Assembly: GCA_976551045.1 (NCBI GenBank)
Contig: CDPCPM010000143.1
Coordinates: 7,688,001-7,752,000 of the forward strand
DNA: 64,000 bases
DNA from: Glaucostegus cemiculus
Lineage: Eukaryota
Reading direction: 5' to 3'
Shown here: one piece after another, positions 48,005-62,537 of the stretch
Layout: each line of letters begins with the position of its first letter
Numbering within the stretch: position 1 is the stretch's first letter
The notes under the pieces: generated by a model
Databases searched by the model: none
What the model was told of the DNA's origin: nothing
The model's input: the letters and a program-made list of their open reading frames with translations, nothing else
Program-made: the position numbers and the translations under genes

Positions 48005-48745
48005 TGCACATGCTCCTGTCTACATCACGTGGCTGAGGTCGAGAGGGTTGAGAGTTCAAGTTCCTAGGAGTGAACATCACCAACAGCATGCTGTCCTGGT
48101 CCAACTACATAGATACCACAGCTAAAAAGCTCACCAGCACCTCTACTTCCTCAGGAGGCTAAAGAAATTTGGCATGTTCCTGTTGACCCTCACAATTTTT
48201 GTCGATGCACCATAGAAAGCATCTCATTTGAATGCATCACAGGATGGTATAGCAACTGCTTTCCCATGAACAAAAGAAACTGCAGAGTTGTGGACACAGC
48301 TCAGCACATCACAGAAACCAGCCTCCCCTCCACAGACTCTGTCTATACTTCTTGCTGCCTTGGTAAAGCAGCCAGCATAATCAAAGACCCCACCCACCTC
48401 AGACATTCTCTCTTCTCCCCACTCCCAGCAGGCAGAAGATATAAAATCCTGAAAGCACATACCACCAGGCTCAAGAACAGTTTCTATTCCCCTGTTATAA
48501 GACTATTGAATGGTTCCCTAGCATGATAAAATGGACTCTTGAGCTCACAATCTACCTTGGTATGACCTTATTGTCTACCTGTATGGCACATTCTCTGTAG
48601 CTGTTACACTTTATTCTGCATCCTGTTATTGTTTTACCGTGTACTACCTTGATGCATTGTGTAATGAATTGATTTGTATGAATGGTATGCAAGACAAGAT
48701 TTTCACTGTACCTCAGTACATGTGACAAATAAACCATTTCCAGTT
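48005..48745 (+). mobile_element. Rex1/Babar-type LINE 3' fragment
   Basis: FKFLGVNIT..KKAHQHLYFLRRLKKFGM..CTIESI..ITGWY..KAASIIKDPTH..PAGRRYK..TTRLKNSFY; tail GTACATGTGACAAATAAAC. Confidence 0.85.
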
Positions 48746-48804
48746 CTAGGCGCGCTGGTAAAACTTAATGGGAATCTAAAGAAAACACTCCCGTGGCTGG
48801 AATT

Positions 48805-49320
48805 ATGGTCTAGTACGGCAATTTGAATGCACAGGAACCCAACAGGCTGCAGAGGAGAGTAGTGGACACTGTCCAATACATCACAGGCAAATCCTTCCCC
48901 ACCACTGGTAGTATCTACAGGAAGCATTGCCTCAAGAAGGCAACACCTATCATCAAAGATCCCCATCATCCAGGCCACACAATTTTTTTGCAGCTACCAT
49001 TGGGCAGGAGCCTGAAGTTCCACACCACCAGGTTCAAGGACAGCTACTTCTCTTCAACCATTCGGTTCTTGAACCAACTGGTATGACTCCAAACACTACA
49101 CTTTAGTGACCCCTTTGATATCTTTGCACTAAAATGGACTTTGTATTTTTTGTTTTGTGTTCTTGTAAAAATTGTGTATAATTTATGTTTAAGTTATGTT
49201 TTTGTTGTGAATGCTACTTGTATGATGCTATGTGCCTGTGGTGCTGCTGCAAGTAAGTTTTACATTACACCTGTGCATATATATACCAGTGCATATGACA
49301 ATAAATTTGACTTCAACTTC
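48805..49320 (+). mobile_element. Second Rex1/Babar-type LINE 3' fragment
   Basis: LQRRVVDTVQYITG..KKATPIIKDPHHPGH..TTRFKDSYF..IRFLN; tail GCATATGACAATAAA. Confidence 0.85.
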
Positions 49321-51254
49321 ATGCTTTGCACAATGAAAGGTGACAATAATCAGTCTTCCCAGCCCTGGGATATCACTGAAAGAGCACCTCAGGGTAGTAT
49401 CCTAGGCCCAGCTATCTTGGCTACTTCATCAATGACCTTTCTTCCATCATAAGTTCAAAAGTGGGATGTTCACTAATGATTGCATCAGAGTGAATTCCTT
49501 TTGCAACTCCTCAGCAAACAAAGCAACCCTTTATCAGTATGTGCAAGACCTGGACAAGGCATGAATTGATAAGTGGCAAGAAGTATTCATGCCACAAATG
49601 TGCCAGGCAATGACCATCTCCAACAAGAGAGAGTCTATCCTTGATGTTCAATGGCATTACCATTACCAAGACCCCACTGTCAATATCCTGGGATTACTAC
49701 TGACCAAAAACCTCAACTCGAACAGACACATAAATACCTTGGCTTCAAGAACAGGCTGGGTATCCTGTGGTGTCTCACCCCCTGACACTCCAACTCCTTC
49801 CTACCATCTCCAAGGCATAAGTCAGATGTACAGTGGAATACTTAACCCCTGCCTGATGAGTGCAGTTCCAACAATTCTCAAGAAGCTTGATACCATCCGG
49901 GATAGAGCAGCCTGCTTGACTGGCACTCCACTCACCACTGTAAATATTCATTCTCTAAATACTGCCATACGGTATCTATAGTATGCATTTACTCACTCAA
50001 GCTATTCCAACAGTACCTCCCAAACACATGACCTTTACCATCAAGAAGGACAAAGGCTGTAGGTGCATTTGAACACCAATACCTGCAAGTTCCTCTCCAA
50101 ACTGCCTACTACCCAAACTTGGAAACATACTGTTAGTCCTTTATTACTGCTGGGTTGAAATCCTGGAAAGCCCCAATGAGCAGCATCATGGGAGTAGCTT
50201 CACCAAAAGGACTGCAGCAGTTCAAGGCAGCTGCTCACCATCACTTTCTCATGGGCAATTAGCAAAAAGCAATAAAATCTGGCATATCCAGGGAAAAACT
50301 GTATTTGGCATGGCACAACTTTAGTGGAAAAAAATCCTGGTTGCAATTTTAGAGAGAATGCCCTCTTCTAATCTATATTTATTCCCAGTGGATGGGATAC
50401 AATCACTGGCAGACAGGTCTAGAGCCTGATTAGCTTAAGTGTAAAATTCAGTGAAGTGGTGGCTTTTAAAAAACTACTGATTGTTTCTAAAAAGGGAGAG
50501 AACAACACAAAAGTATTTTGCAAAAATGTTACTTTACCATTAGTTCCTATAGGACCAAACTTGTTTCATAACTGTACAAAAGCAGACCAAGCCAGGACTG
50601 TTGAGCAGTAACTGCACATTTTCAATTGTCAACATATCGGCTTGTCATGATGTTTGATATAAAAACTCCTGACACAAAGCTTCTTTAAAAAATTACTCTG
50701 TTTAACTATGGCAATGTTTAACTGGCACAACCCTATATTGTGAATTTGTTCGATGAGATAAAACTCAGCTGTGTGAATAACACCATAAGATCGGATGTCT
50801 TAAGACTGAGGCTTCAATTTGAATGGCTGTGGTTCACGTATGTCCCTAGTGGTAATAAGTTGGATGTAGTTAAGTGGTGTACAAATTTCACTGAAGTACT
50901 TTTGGTGTTACCAAGAAACAAGAATTTTATTACAACTGAACATTCTGATTTCTGTCTTTTTAAAGAAATGCAAGTGTTAATAAAAGGTAACAATTTATTT
51001 TCAGGGACTGTGGATTTATTACCCACCTACTCTGTCTCCTTTATCCATCTCTAAATCTCTTGTCTTGCTGGTGGTTCTTGAGTACTTTTTGAAAAGAGCA
51101 CATTCATGTTTGGAACGGCCTCCATCAGTGAGAAAGATATGTTTTACCTCCCTCTCTGTTCATTATAAAAGTGGAGCAAATTTTTTTTTCCTTCCCATGA
51201 AACAACGTCACAGGTAAGTCAGAAAAAAACGATAGACATAATTTGAAAACGTAA

Positions 51255-51990
51255 TTAGAACACAGAACAGTGCAAAACAGCAATATGCCCTTCGGACCAT
51301 GTTGTCTGCGCCGAACACCATGCCGAATTAAACTAAATCTCTTCTGCCTATACATAATCCATATCCCTCCATATCTAACTGCCTCTTAAACACAACTATT
51401 GTATCTGCTTCCACCACTACCCCGGCAACCTGTTCCAGGTACCTACCACTCTTATTATGGAAAACATCAGGAACCACAGTAATCTCTTAAAAGATATAAA
51501 CCTACTCTACATGTAGAAAAACAGAACTTCATTACCAATGTTTCCACTTTACATTTCCTGACTATCATTAACATGGGCAAAGTCAAACAAAAAGGACTAC
51601 CAAAAACATAGAAGCACATTAAGAAATATAAGCACAAGTAGGCCTATGGCCCCTTGAATTCACCATTCAATAAGATTATTGTTGATCTTTGACCTTTTCT
51701 TATAAAAAAAATATTATCTAAATATCCCTCAATCTTCTTCCAAGTCCAAAAATCTATCGGTCATGGTCATCAATATCCTCAAACAATTAAGCATTCACAT
51801 TTCTCTAGGACAGAGAATTCCAAAGATTCACCCCCTCCTGCCCCCCCAGGAAAGGAAACTCTGTCTTCAATGGTCTAATCTACACTCCATGATTGTATAT
51901 TCTTGTTCTTGATTTTCTAGGTCAGGAAAACAACCTATACTTTCCAGCCCTTCGAGAATCTAAAATAATGACACAATCATCTGTCAATCC
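51255..51990 (-). mobile_element. Two CR1 3' fragments (~51255-51450 and ~51600-51990)
   Basis: CR1 tail motifs gcccttcggaccat and gtaggcctatggcccctt; agagaattccaaagattcac. Confidence 0.75.
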
Positions 51991-54900
51991 CTAGGCTAAC
52001 TGAAAGTGGTAATCTTATAAATAATTAGCTTGTCAATTTATTTGCATACTGAACTCCTAATTCAGAGATACTTTATCCCACTATCTAATCAAAAATGTCT
52101 TCTTTAAACATAACCAGTTCTTTTCTAACCTTTTTCTCTCCTCATGAGGGATACAAAAAAGTGGTAGATCAACAGTGGCAATTGAAGTTATACTTCATGT
52201 AGCAAGACACGCTTCAGGGAGATTTTGTATGTCTGAAGAGATTTGCCTACTTGTTTCTAAGTCTTCCCTTAGAATAATTTTTGACTGAACTCTTTAATAA
52301 CACATTAGTCACAGTCATAAAACCATTAAATCCCATTCTGTGACATGACCTTGTGCTACATAATACCATTATCTGGGCCAGAATGAGCCTTGTTCACAAA
52401 AACAGCAGAAAAACTGACAGCTGGCTAATTCACACCCAGGCTTAGCCTGCTGTCAAACTGTCAGGGATGAAGAAAGATTTTGAATTTTCTTGATATTCAA
52501 AAACTATTAAAGTAAATTAAACAAATTAAAAATCAAAACATAAAAAGAGAGAACTAAACAGCTTAAATAGCAAAAATCATCCAAGCAAAATCAATTCATT
52601 AAAAAAAAGTACTTCTACACTGTGGCAACTTATGTCAAGTGAAATGAATGGACTTCCTGTTCCTAAACCAGATGTAAACAGATGCCGATTCAATGGGAAT
52701 ATTAACCAGTATAAGCACTAGGGAACTGCCACAAATCCTCACACTGACTCCATGAGGCATCATTATCAGAGAACAGACACCAAAACCCTTGAGGACAGTG
52801 GCAACCAAGGTCAGGATATCCAGATTTGCTCAAACCTATTAGCATTTTTATAGAGAAATTTCATACTGTCACGCCAGGATATCCCAACAAGCTCCAGCCC
52901 AACAAGTCAAGAATTTTGACTGGCCGAAAATTTATCCAAGTGAGCAACAGAACCTTACAGTTTTGTTTGCAAGGACCTTCGGTAGTTATTGAGGAAGGTA
53001 TCACCAAATATTTCATCATAACTTTATGCTCAGTTATTTTAAGGTAAACTAGTTACTATCAAAATACACTGCAATAGAGTCGGTTCAATTTTAACAGCTT
53101 GGAGTTGGTCTGCAGAAATCCAATACATTTAATGCAATATACAGAATGCACCATAAAGGAAAGCGATTAGACTGCATTTTGGCATTAAAGTACATATTAA
53201 CAAAGCTAAGGAGTTAATCTTCATTCCATTCTGTGGCATAGGCCAGCTACACAGTGAATTCTTAAGGAGGAAAATAGTGTGCTTTATACTTTAAAATAAA
53301 TATTGAGGAAAGGTACTAGAACAATTTCAACAAAGGACTATTTGATCAGATCATTTTAAAATTGACTGAAAATGGATCTTTTTTGAAACCCTAGGAGTTG
53401 GAACAATGAGTATTTCTATATTTATCACCAAAATAAAACATTACTACATTAAACTGAAAGCAATGAAGCAATGCTTCAATTTCATGCTAACAAGCTTTTA
53501 TAGTTTAATAATCCACAGGTTAAACGGGTTAAGTGACCACTCAGTTGCACATTACATCTCTTTAGTCACAGAAACCTTGTGAAAATGCGCAGATATATTC
53601 AAACACAGTATGCAGTCCTTCAAATATTTATGAAATGTAGCTACAGAATTCTTATTTAAGACTCACTGCTGTGAATTCATGAATAATGCACTACAGGGTA
53701 ATCTGCTGCACAATTACACAACAGTGGTAGATTAATTCTTATGAATTTGTAAGGTATCTTCCATCAATGACTAGTTGCAGTAACATACTTTATACTGGCC
53801 AAATTACTAACCAGCCAGCTGCAGGTGTTGATCAGGTGAAAAGAAAAGATTATAAATTTTGTATTATTTCGTTTGCATTCTTTGAAATTCAACAATAGTA
53901 TTAAACTGAGTCTATGTTATTTTTATTTCCATGATTTGGTTATGAAAGATATTTCTAATCAGAAAGCAGAATATACAAGCCCTATGCTTCTGAGATCACA
54001 CTGCAACAATGGCAAATACCAAACTGAATGGGGCAAAATTTCCAGCAAGTACAGGGACAGCTCTGCCAGTATCCATAACCGGGTAACTCTTGAGTGCTAT
54101 CAATAGCATAGGCTTCTGCTCAACACAGCAGCAGTTGCAGGTAAATAAGAGAAATCAGCTGCTGACAGAAAGGTAGGTCAGGATTTTGGTTTGATTTAAT
54201 TTAGTTATTTTAAATGCTTTTAATAGTGTGTGTTTAATTTAAACAGTGGGCTTGATAACCAGCAGTCCCAAGGATGGGGCCTCACTGCTGACTGTGCCAT
54301 TCATGTCAGTCCCCCTGTGCCAGGAGAGATCATACACTGCCCCACAGTGCCCTGGGCCTTGCCAATTGTGGAGAGCTGACCTCCCAGTGGAGGAACACAC
54401 CCAACACCACACTGGAAGAACAAGGTGATCCAGAGTTCAGACAATGGCACAATATAGCTAAAGATCTGGCCCAGTGAGATTAAGAATACACATTGGGTTC
54501 AGGCAAAGAAAGAAAATGACCAATCCTCATGTCCCACTTCAAACTAGTGGTAAACAAATGGTTCAAAAGGATTTCAGTTTATCAATCCGTCAATGCTTCA
54601 TTGATACAACATTAGTGGTTAGTGAATTTAAGTATCTGGGAGAGTCAAACACGAAATATCTCAGGAAGTGTCAAACATGAAATTTTGAGGGTCTGTCAAA
54701 CATGAAATCTTTGACATTCTCTTCATACTGAGATTTAATTTATTTTATTCTCAAATTTATAAGTTGCCAACAGGTTTCAAGAGTTTTAAGTTAAAATTGG
54801 CATTCTACCCGAGACCTGTTCAGATCACCTGGGAATAAATAACTTGTCAGTGAATGACTTGAATGACAGACCATTAATGCATTTTGACAGACATATTTTA

Positions 54901-55007
54901 ACATCAACTGTAAAATAATAACCAACAATGCTATTTCACTATTATTCATAAAATAAAATCATTCACTCTATTTTCATTTAAACTCAAGCTGTTTCCATTC
55001 ATAAGCG

Positions 55008-55348
55008 TCAAACAGTGATACAAGCAGAAACGTGCCCTTTGGCCCAACAAGCCCATGCCGACCATCCATTTACACTAATCCCACATAAATCCCATTTTTT
55101 AAATTCTCTCTATATTCTCATCAACGCCCCCAGATTCTACCACCCACCCACACCAGGGGCAATTTACAGTGGCCAATTAACCTACCAACCCACGTCTTTG
55201 GGATGTGCGAGGAAGCCGAAGGATCTGGAGGAACTCCGTGGAAGCACAGGGAAAACATACAAACACAGACAGCACCAGATGTCAGAATTAAACCAGGACC
55301 TCTGGCACTGTGAAGCAGCAGCTCTACCAGCTGCACCACTGTGCCGCC
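55008..55348 (-). mobile_element. HE1-like V-SINE with CR1-type tail
   Basis: Head GGCGGCACAGTGGTGCAGCTGGTAGAGCTGCTGCTTCACAGTGCCAGAG, V-domain, tail GTTGGGCCAAAGGGCACGTTTC. Confidence 0.88.
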
Positions 55349-55939
55349 TCCGTCACTGTGCATTGTACCTGCACACTTTTTTTCTAAACTTCATGAACAG
55401 AATAAGCATGCATCTTCTCAATATATATAGACGCTTAATCAAAACTGTTCACTGAGACAGGAAAAAGCAATCTAGAGATTGATTAAAAACTTTGCTAAAG
55501 CATTTCATATCTAGACTATTCTGCAGAAAGGTCAACAGGGAGGCTAGTGCCATAGGGTTTCCCAGAGCCAGGCACAATTTATTTATCTATAACAGCACAT
55601 ACTCACATTTCCTCTTTCAGCATCTTCTAAACATGTATTATCAGCTTTCACACAAATATTCCCTCATGCCACTGGTCTTTACAGGAGTTCTCCTTAGGCT
55701 GGTCATTTGATATCAAATTCTAGATACGCTGTAATTTCAAGCAGCTAAACAAAATCCAGACTCTTAAAGCCAGTTCCATCACCTTCCACAACCACACTGT
55801 ATGTACACTTGCTGTTTACTTCAAAACAAATTTCAACCCCATATTCTCTTCATCACAAATACGGTGTACTTCTAGTTCTGTAATACTGTACATCTGCTTT
55901 AGTGCATTTACCTCTTCAAGGCATTCAACTCCTCAAGAT

Positions 55940-57137
55940 TCAACGAGCATTCTATCCAATGTTCCCATCAGGAAGGCCTTAAGGCTCTCCACTTCTTTTT
56001 TGACAACAGACCCAACCAGTTCCCCTTCACTGCCACCCTCCTCTGTCTGGCTGAACTGGTACTCTCCCTCAACAACTTCTCTTTTGGCTCCTCCCACTTT
56101 CTCCAAACCAAAGGTGTAGCCATGGGGACTCCCATGGGCCCCAACTATGCCTGCCTTTTTGTTGGCTACGTGGAACAATCCATGCTCCAAACCTACACTG
56201 GTAATACCCCCAACTCTTTCTCCGCTACATTGACAACTGCATTGGGACTGCTTCCTGCACCAATGTTGAGTTTGTCAATTTCATCAACTTTGCCTCCAAC
56301 ATCCACCATGCCCTCAAATTTACATGACCTATCTCTCCTTTCTCTGGAGACTGATTAACCACCAACATTTTTACAAATCCATTGACTCCCACAGTCACCT
56401 TGACTACACTTCTTCCCACCCAGTCACTTGCAAGGATTCCATCCCCCCTCCCAGTTCCTCCGCCTCCACCGCATCTGTTCCCATGATAAGCTCTGAGATG
56501 TCCTTTTTCAGTAAACAGGGTTTCCCTTCCACCACCATCAATGCTGCCCCCAACTGCATCTCCTCCATTTCCTGCACATCTGTCCTCACCCCACGCAGCC
56601 CCCACCCCCGACATTACAGGGACAGGGTTCCCCTTGTCCTCACCTACCACCCCATGAACCTGCGCATCCAACACATCATTCTCTACAACTTCCGCCACCT
56701 CCAACAGGATCCCACCTTCTAGGCACATTTTCCCCTTCCCCGCACCTTCTGCTTTCTGTAGGAATCGCTCTCTCCGCGACTCCCTAGTCCACTCATCCCT
56801 CCCGGCAGATGACCCTCCCAGCACTTATCCCTGAAACTGTACCAGCTACTACACCTGCCCCTACACCTTCTCCCTCACCACCATTCAGGACCCTAGAAGG
56901 TCCTTCCAGGTGAGGCAGCACTTCACCTGTGAATCCAAGGGTGTCATTCATTGCATCCAGTGCTCCCGGTGTGGCCTCCTCTATAATGGGTGAGACCCGA
57001 CACATGGGAACGGATGTGGTGACCACTTCATCGAGCACCTTCGTTCCATCCGCCACGAAAGCAAGCATCTCCCAGTGGCCATCCACTTCAATTCCACATC
57101 GCACTCCCACATCGACATGTCTATCCACGGCTCTCCT
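55940..57137 (+). mobile_element. Penelope-like element: reverse transcriptase C-half plus GIY-YIG endonuclease pseudogene
   Basis: LQTKGVAMGTPMGPNYACLFVGYVE..RYIDN (YIDD site), YKSIDSHSHLDYTSSHP, RVPLVLTYHP, FTCESKGVIHCIQCSRCGLLY.GETR, PVAIHFNSTSH; frameshifted. Confidence 0.92.
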
Positions 57138-57430
57138 GATGCATACCCTCCTGGTTCAACAGCATCACAGATACTCCTTCTCCACTTAAAGTGGTCATGG
57201 AATTTCCAGGAGACAGTAGGGATGTTGTATTTCTTTAAGGAGTCTTTAAGTACATCCCTTAAGGAGGGTAGGGATCCTTCCTCTCTGGTAGACCAGGAAT
57301 TTATGTCAGGTTCTATGATGTTCATCTTCAATCTTTTCCTCAGTCAACCAAGATCTGCGCTGGTGCATTGAAAGCAGTGGTGAATTTCATCACTAATGTC
57401 TGCCTTTGGGTGTCTCCTGAGACATGGTCC
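57138..57430 (-). mobile_element. RTE-clade LINE fragment
   Basis: RDVLKDSLKKYNIPTVSW..WRRSICDAV. Confidence 0.7.
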
Positions 57431-59309
57431 ACACCTCAGGTTAAAATTCTATCTGTGGGCGGAAATCCCTTTATCTCCACCTTTCAACTTTTGCAAACCC
57501 TTCAAATGCAACAGAGAATTCTTAGTGGTTAATCCTGCTTGATGTGCAACCCAAAGTCTCCTCACCCATTTCAAACAGCCATGCCTTCGTCCCAGAACTA
57601 TAAAGCCTCATCATCTTTCACCCCTCTTCTTAAATGTACATAGTCCAACTGACTTTCCTTGGTGCTGGATAAGGCTATAAATAGTGTACCCTCTGGAGAT
57701 GCACTAAATTATTGCCAACAACATCAACATTATGATTTCCACATTAAACTTTGTAACATGTAGAAATGTTTTAAGTTTCAGAAGGTTTAGTTATGGTTCA
57801 AATAGAGTAATGACAGTGAACTGTGATTATTATCACTGAAAAGGCTGTGCTAGGAATTTCCAATTCTAATCACAAATTCAGATCTGGTTATACTTTGCAA
57901 GCTACCTACTGCAATAGCAGATAAGGTCAGCATGAGTTACATTCCATTATGTACGACAGACCAGTTAGGGGAGCAATCGAACCAGAGCAGACTGATTAGC
58001 ATAAGCAGATTCCAAATCATAGAAGTATTGCGATACCATGTAAAAGATGATTCTTTAAAAAGTTCATTTGTGTTAAATAAAAATGGTATTCCACAGCAGT
58101 CAACCAAACACAATAGATTTGTTGAATTACAAATACAATAAATAAAATTACCATTATATATGACACACAAACTAAAAAGATATTTTGTCTCTATGGCAGC
58201 ATACTTAAGCAAATGAATAATGTAGTATAAGAACTTGATGACTTTCCTTCTTCTGTCTTTAAAAGGGCAATTAATTCCAGGGTTTGAATTCTGATTATCA
58301 CCTACATACTGCTGTATTTTAATGCTGGTAATATTTGTTTCAGAATGTTCTTTTGATTTATAGACAGGGTTACGCAAACATTAACATCTAGTTCTGCCAA
58401 TTATGACACCTTTCACTAAATTTCCCCAGTTTATTTCCTTAATAATTTATCAACCCATCTATCTATTGCACTTAAATTAGTCACATTGCTTACAACAGCA
58501 GGAATTAAATACAAATGTGTCAAGATGAGTTGACGTCAAGCAATACTGTAAACAACTCCCTCTATACAACAAAACATGAAATCATGAAAATAGTCACCAA
58601 AACAAATTCAGGCATGCTCAATAATGAACTACATAACAATTATTTTCCCTCTCCTGAAAAATTTGACTACCTGTTGGGTTAGAGCTCTATACCTGCTGGT
58701 ACACTTTGCTCAAGTGACTGTTAATTGTGTCTGAATCTTTTCAGAGTGCAGTCAGGCAGATTTTCGGACATCCTGAATCAAGCCAGTTCCTGTTCTCCAT
58801 CCAAAGATTTACAGTGGGAGATAGAGGTAATCGAATTTGGACTGTAAGATGGCAGACAGAATATCTTTTCCATAGTGCAAAGGCTTTGAGGCAGTATGCA
58901 ATATTCGGGAAGATATAACACAAGTGCAAAAGCCACTGTAAAGCTAGATTTTAATGATATTACAATTTTCTATTCATACTTGAAAAGAGAAGCTACACCT
59001 CAAATTAATGAAAAAGTACTCCAAATTTATAAACTCTGACATTAACACTTCACACACTGGAATGAAAATGATTCAAAGGAAGAGCTTACTAGTACTGATA
59101 AGTAAGTTACCCCTTGACTACCTTAAGTACATAGACACTACAATGTATATAATGCTATCAAAAAATCTGGAAAGTAATTGTGAAACAGCTTTAAACATTT
59201 TGACGATGTTAAGATTTGAGTTCAAGGACAGTAGGATAATTGTCCTCTGGGATTTGCTTTGCTCTTCTTCCAAGAGCTACAGTCATTGGTTAGGGATAAG
59301 TTATGATTC

Positions 59310-61610
59310 CGCAATTAATAAATTGGGGTGCAGTCAATACTGAGAAGGACTGCAACAAATCACGAGATGATAACTGTAAGAGGACAGCAGAGAGCCGCAG
59401 CTAATATAGCTGTTGCCTCAGCTCCAGCAACTAAGGTTAGGTCCTGACTTCAAGTGTGTGTGGAGCTTGCACATTTTTCCTGTGACTGTGTTTTTCACCC
59501 CAGATGCTCCAGATTCCTCCCAAAAGATGTACAGGTTAATAGGTTAAGTGGCACTAGTTTGAATGTGGAGTGGAGTGGAGTGGGGGGGGGGGGGGGGGGG
59601 AAGGGAGGGAGATGGTGATATGGGGAAGAAGAAAACTGAGATTAGTGTAAAATGGCTGCTGCTTGGTCAGCACAGACTCAGTGGGTGAAAGTTTCTGTGC
59701 TGTATGGCTCCATTATAAAACATACAGAATAAGCAAAAATTAAGTTTAACACAGATAAACAGGAAGGACACTTATTACTTCAAAGATGTGAGTCTAGGTA
59801 GGGTAAAGGAAAAAAAAGGGAGAATTACACCAATAACTAAAGGTAGTGTCACAGGTTACCAAGTCCATAAAAAAGCAAACCAAGTATTAAGGTTTATTTC
59901 TAGAGTGATAGAATTAAGAAGCATTTATGTTAAACCTGTATTGAAGCCTGGTTTGAACATACTTAAAGCACTGCATACAGTTCTAGTTGCCATATTATAA
60001 GAAGAATCAAGAGGCAATGGAGAGGATGGGCAGCACTGTGGTGCACTGCCAAAGCAGGTAGTGCTACTGTTTCTCATCTCCAGTGACTCAGGTTCTATCC
60101 TGTCCTGAACATGTTATTCAAAAATATGAACTAGAATACAGAGAAGATTTATAATTATATCTGAAATCCAATAGTATACACATTAAGAAAGGATTAAAAG
60201 GTTGGGTCAGTAGAATTCAGAAGAACAAATATGTAAACAAATAGCAGTAAGGTGTAACAGCAATAGGACTGTAGTAGTGGGTGATTTTAACTTCCCATTA
60301 GTGACTGGGATTTCTTTAGTGTAGGAGCTTAGAGGGAATGGAAATTGCTAAATGCATCCAGGAAGGGTTTCTAAAGTAGTCTGTAGAGAGTCCTACTAGG
60401 GAGGGAGCAGTACTCACCCTTATTTTAGGGAAGGAGGATGTGCAAGTGATGGAAATGTCTGTGTAGGAACACTTTGCAAATGGTGACCACATGTTGATAA
60501 GCTTTAAGGTATTCATGGAAAAAGATAAGGACGAACCTAGAGTTAAGGTCTTAAATTAGGGGAGGGCTGACCTCAATAGTACAAGATAGGAACTGGCAAA
60601 CATAGATTGGGAGTAGCTGCTAGAGCGAAGAACAACATCTAACAAATGGGAGGCATCTAAAAAGCAAAATAGTTAAAATTCAGAGTCAGCATATCCTTAT
60701 AAGGGTAATGAGAAAATATGGTAAAATTAGGAAACATTGATTAATAAAGGAAATTAGAGGTTGGTGGCTAACTAAAATAAAACCAGAAAATGTTGGGCAT
60801 GCTGTAGAAAGGATGTGTTAGCGTTAGAAAAATTGCAGAACAGACTCACCAGGATATTGCCTGGAATGGAGGGCTTTGGTTACAAGAAGAGATTGGATAG
60901 GCTGTGAGTGTTCTCACTGGGGTGCAGGAGTCTGAAGGGTGACATTATACAGGTTTATCAAATTAGGAGGGCAGGGCACACTTTTGTTTAAACCAAGGGT
61001 AGGGGAGTCTAAAAGCTGAGGACATAGGTTTAAGAAGAAAGGAGAAAGATTTAAAGGGGACCTAGAGGCAAGTTTTTCCACACAGAGGCTGGAGGGTATA
61101 TGGAACAGGCTGCCGGACAGAGGAGATGGTACAGCCAGATACAATCACATCATTTAAAAAGCATTTGCAGGTACATGAAGAGAAACAGAACATAGTTATA
61201 TGGGCCAAATGCAAGAAAATGGGATTAGTGTAGATGGATATTTCTGTCAGCATAGACAATTCAGGCTGAGGAGCCTGCTTTCCATGCTGCACAACTCCTT
61301 TCTCTTCAGAAAAGGAATTTGAAGAGTGAACCTACAGAGGCCTTTAAATTACGCAAGATTTTGATAGAGTGCATACAGAGTGAATGTTTCCATTTGTGGA
61401 TATAACCAGATACCATAATTATAAGGAAAACACCGATAAATTCTTTAGGAGAGAATGTGGCACTTAAAGGAAGTTAGACAAGGAAGAAGGGTAGTAGAAG
61501 GTAATGCCAATAAATTTAATGAGGAGGGGCAGGAAGAGGGTCATGTGACACAAATGTCAGCATGGATTGACTGGGTCAAATGGCTTGTTCCTGTACTGTG
61601 CATTTGATGG
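59310..61610 (+). mobile_element. Nested CR1 complex: older CR1 interrupted by SINEs and a second CR1 (~60230-61295)
   Basis: VVVGDFNFP endonuclease motif at ~60270; two separate CR1 3' tails (~61295 and ~61605); KANQVLRFISRVIE fragment at ~59870. Confidence 0.8.
59390..59712 (+). mobile_element. V-SINE (HE1-like) with internal poly-G
   Basis: agctgttgcctcagctccag head, cagatgctccagattcctccc V-domain, CR1-type tail. Confidence 0.8.
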
Positions 61611-62122
61611 AATCCTATGCAAATTATTAGTAGACATGAGGTGTAAGTGTGGTTCAAGCTTTATTGAATTTTTTTTTAAACATACTGAAAGGCAAAATTT
61701 GCTGATTAAAAAATGTTTTGAAATCCTAAATTCCATTTTATTTTTCCCAAATTGGTTTTATTTTTACAAATTCATACTTAGAAGGCCACTGTGTAACTGA
61801 TGACACAATTAGTAGTACTTAAGGGCAGAGTATACACAACAAAGCACAAAGCATAACCTTTATATCTATAATCGTCCACATTTCCTGGGAGATGTCACTC
61901 ATAGGTACATGCAAATTAACTTTTTTTCTCTCCCTTGTACAAGGTGCTGGCAAATTTACCTGCTCAGCCATTGGGGAATAGTCCAATTAGGTAGGTAGGT
62001 AGGTGCTGCAATTCAAGTCAAAACCTTCAGCTTTTGTTATGATTACACATCAAATGTAAAGCTGCACTTAATGAGACCCAGAATCAGTACATATACATTG
62101 CTACCATACACACATACAGATA

Positions 62123-62123
62123 T

Positions 62124-62152
<29 letters not shown>
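62123..62152. repeat. (CA)n microsatellite
   Basis: Direct inspection. Confidence 0.95.
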
Positions 62153-62157
<5 letters not shown>

Positions 62158-62537
62158 TGTATAACCATTATGTAATACTCTAAAGACATGGGATACTCTA
62201 GATAAACAATATATAAATGCAAGATCTCCCTTCATTTGTCATAGCAAATGTCATTGAATTATTAACTGGCAACCCTAATTACAGCATCGTTTCATGAGGT
62301 ACACGAAGTAGATAGCTGGCTGAATTCTAGAAGGAGCCCACTGTCAACAATCACACTCATTTACACATGCCACTTGGGTAGCACCTGGGCAGAGCATAAG
62401 CTTAGTATACCTAATATATATCAAAAAGGCAAGTTAGTACAGAAATAATGTATTTGAATTTATTTTTGGGCCTATATGTTGTGCATTTGTGGCAGGGACA
62501 GCCGTGGTAAATAGCCGAAAGGATCAATAGGGTTCAC

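Larger units (their letters stand above)
47830..50290 (+). mobile_element. Old CR1/L2-group LINE split by two Rex1 insertions
   Basis: LDIKAAFD.VW (47935-47970), LVKL..G..L.WLE (48755-48805), APQGSILGP..INDL (49380-49450), then the C-terminus and a tail ending gggcaattag..gcaataaa. Confidence 0.8.

Noticed and set aside
57937-58377. 146-aa minus-strand ORF (also 7968-8345)
   Set aside because: Non-ATG start, AT-rich composition and no recognisable domain.
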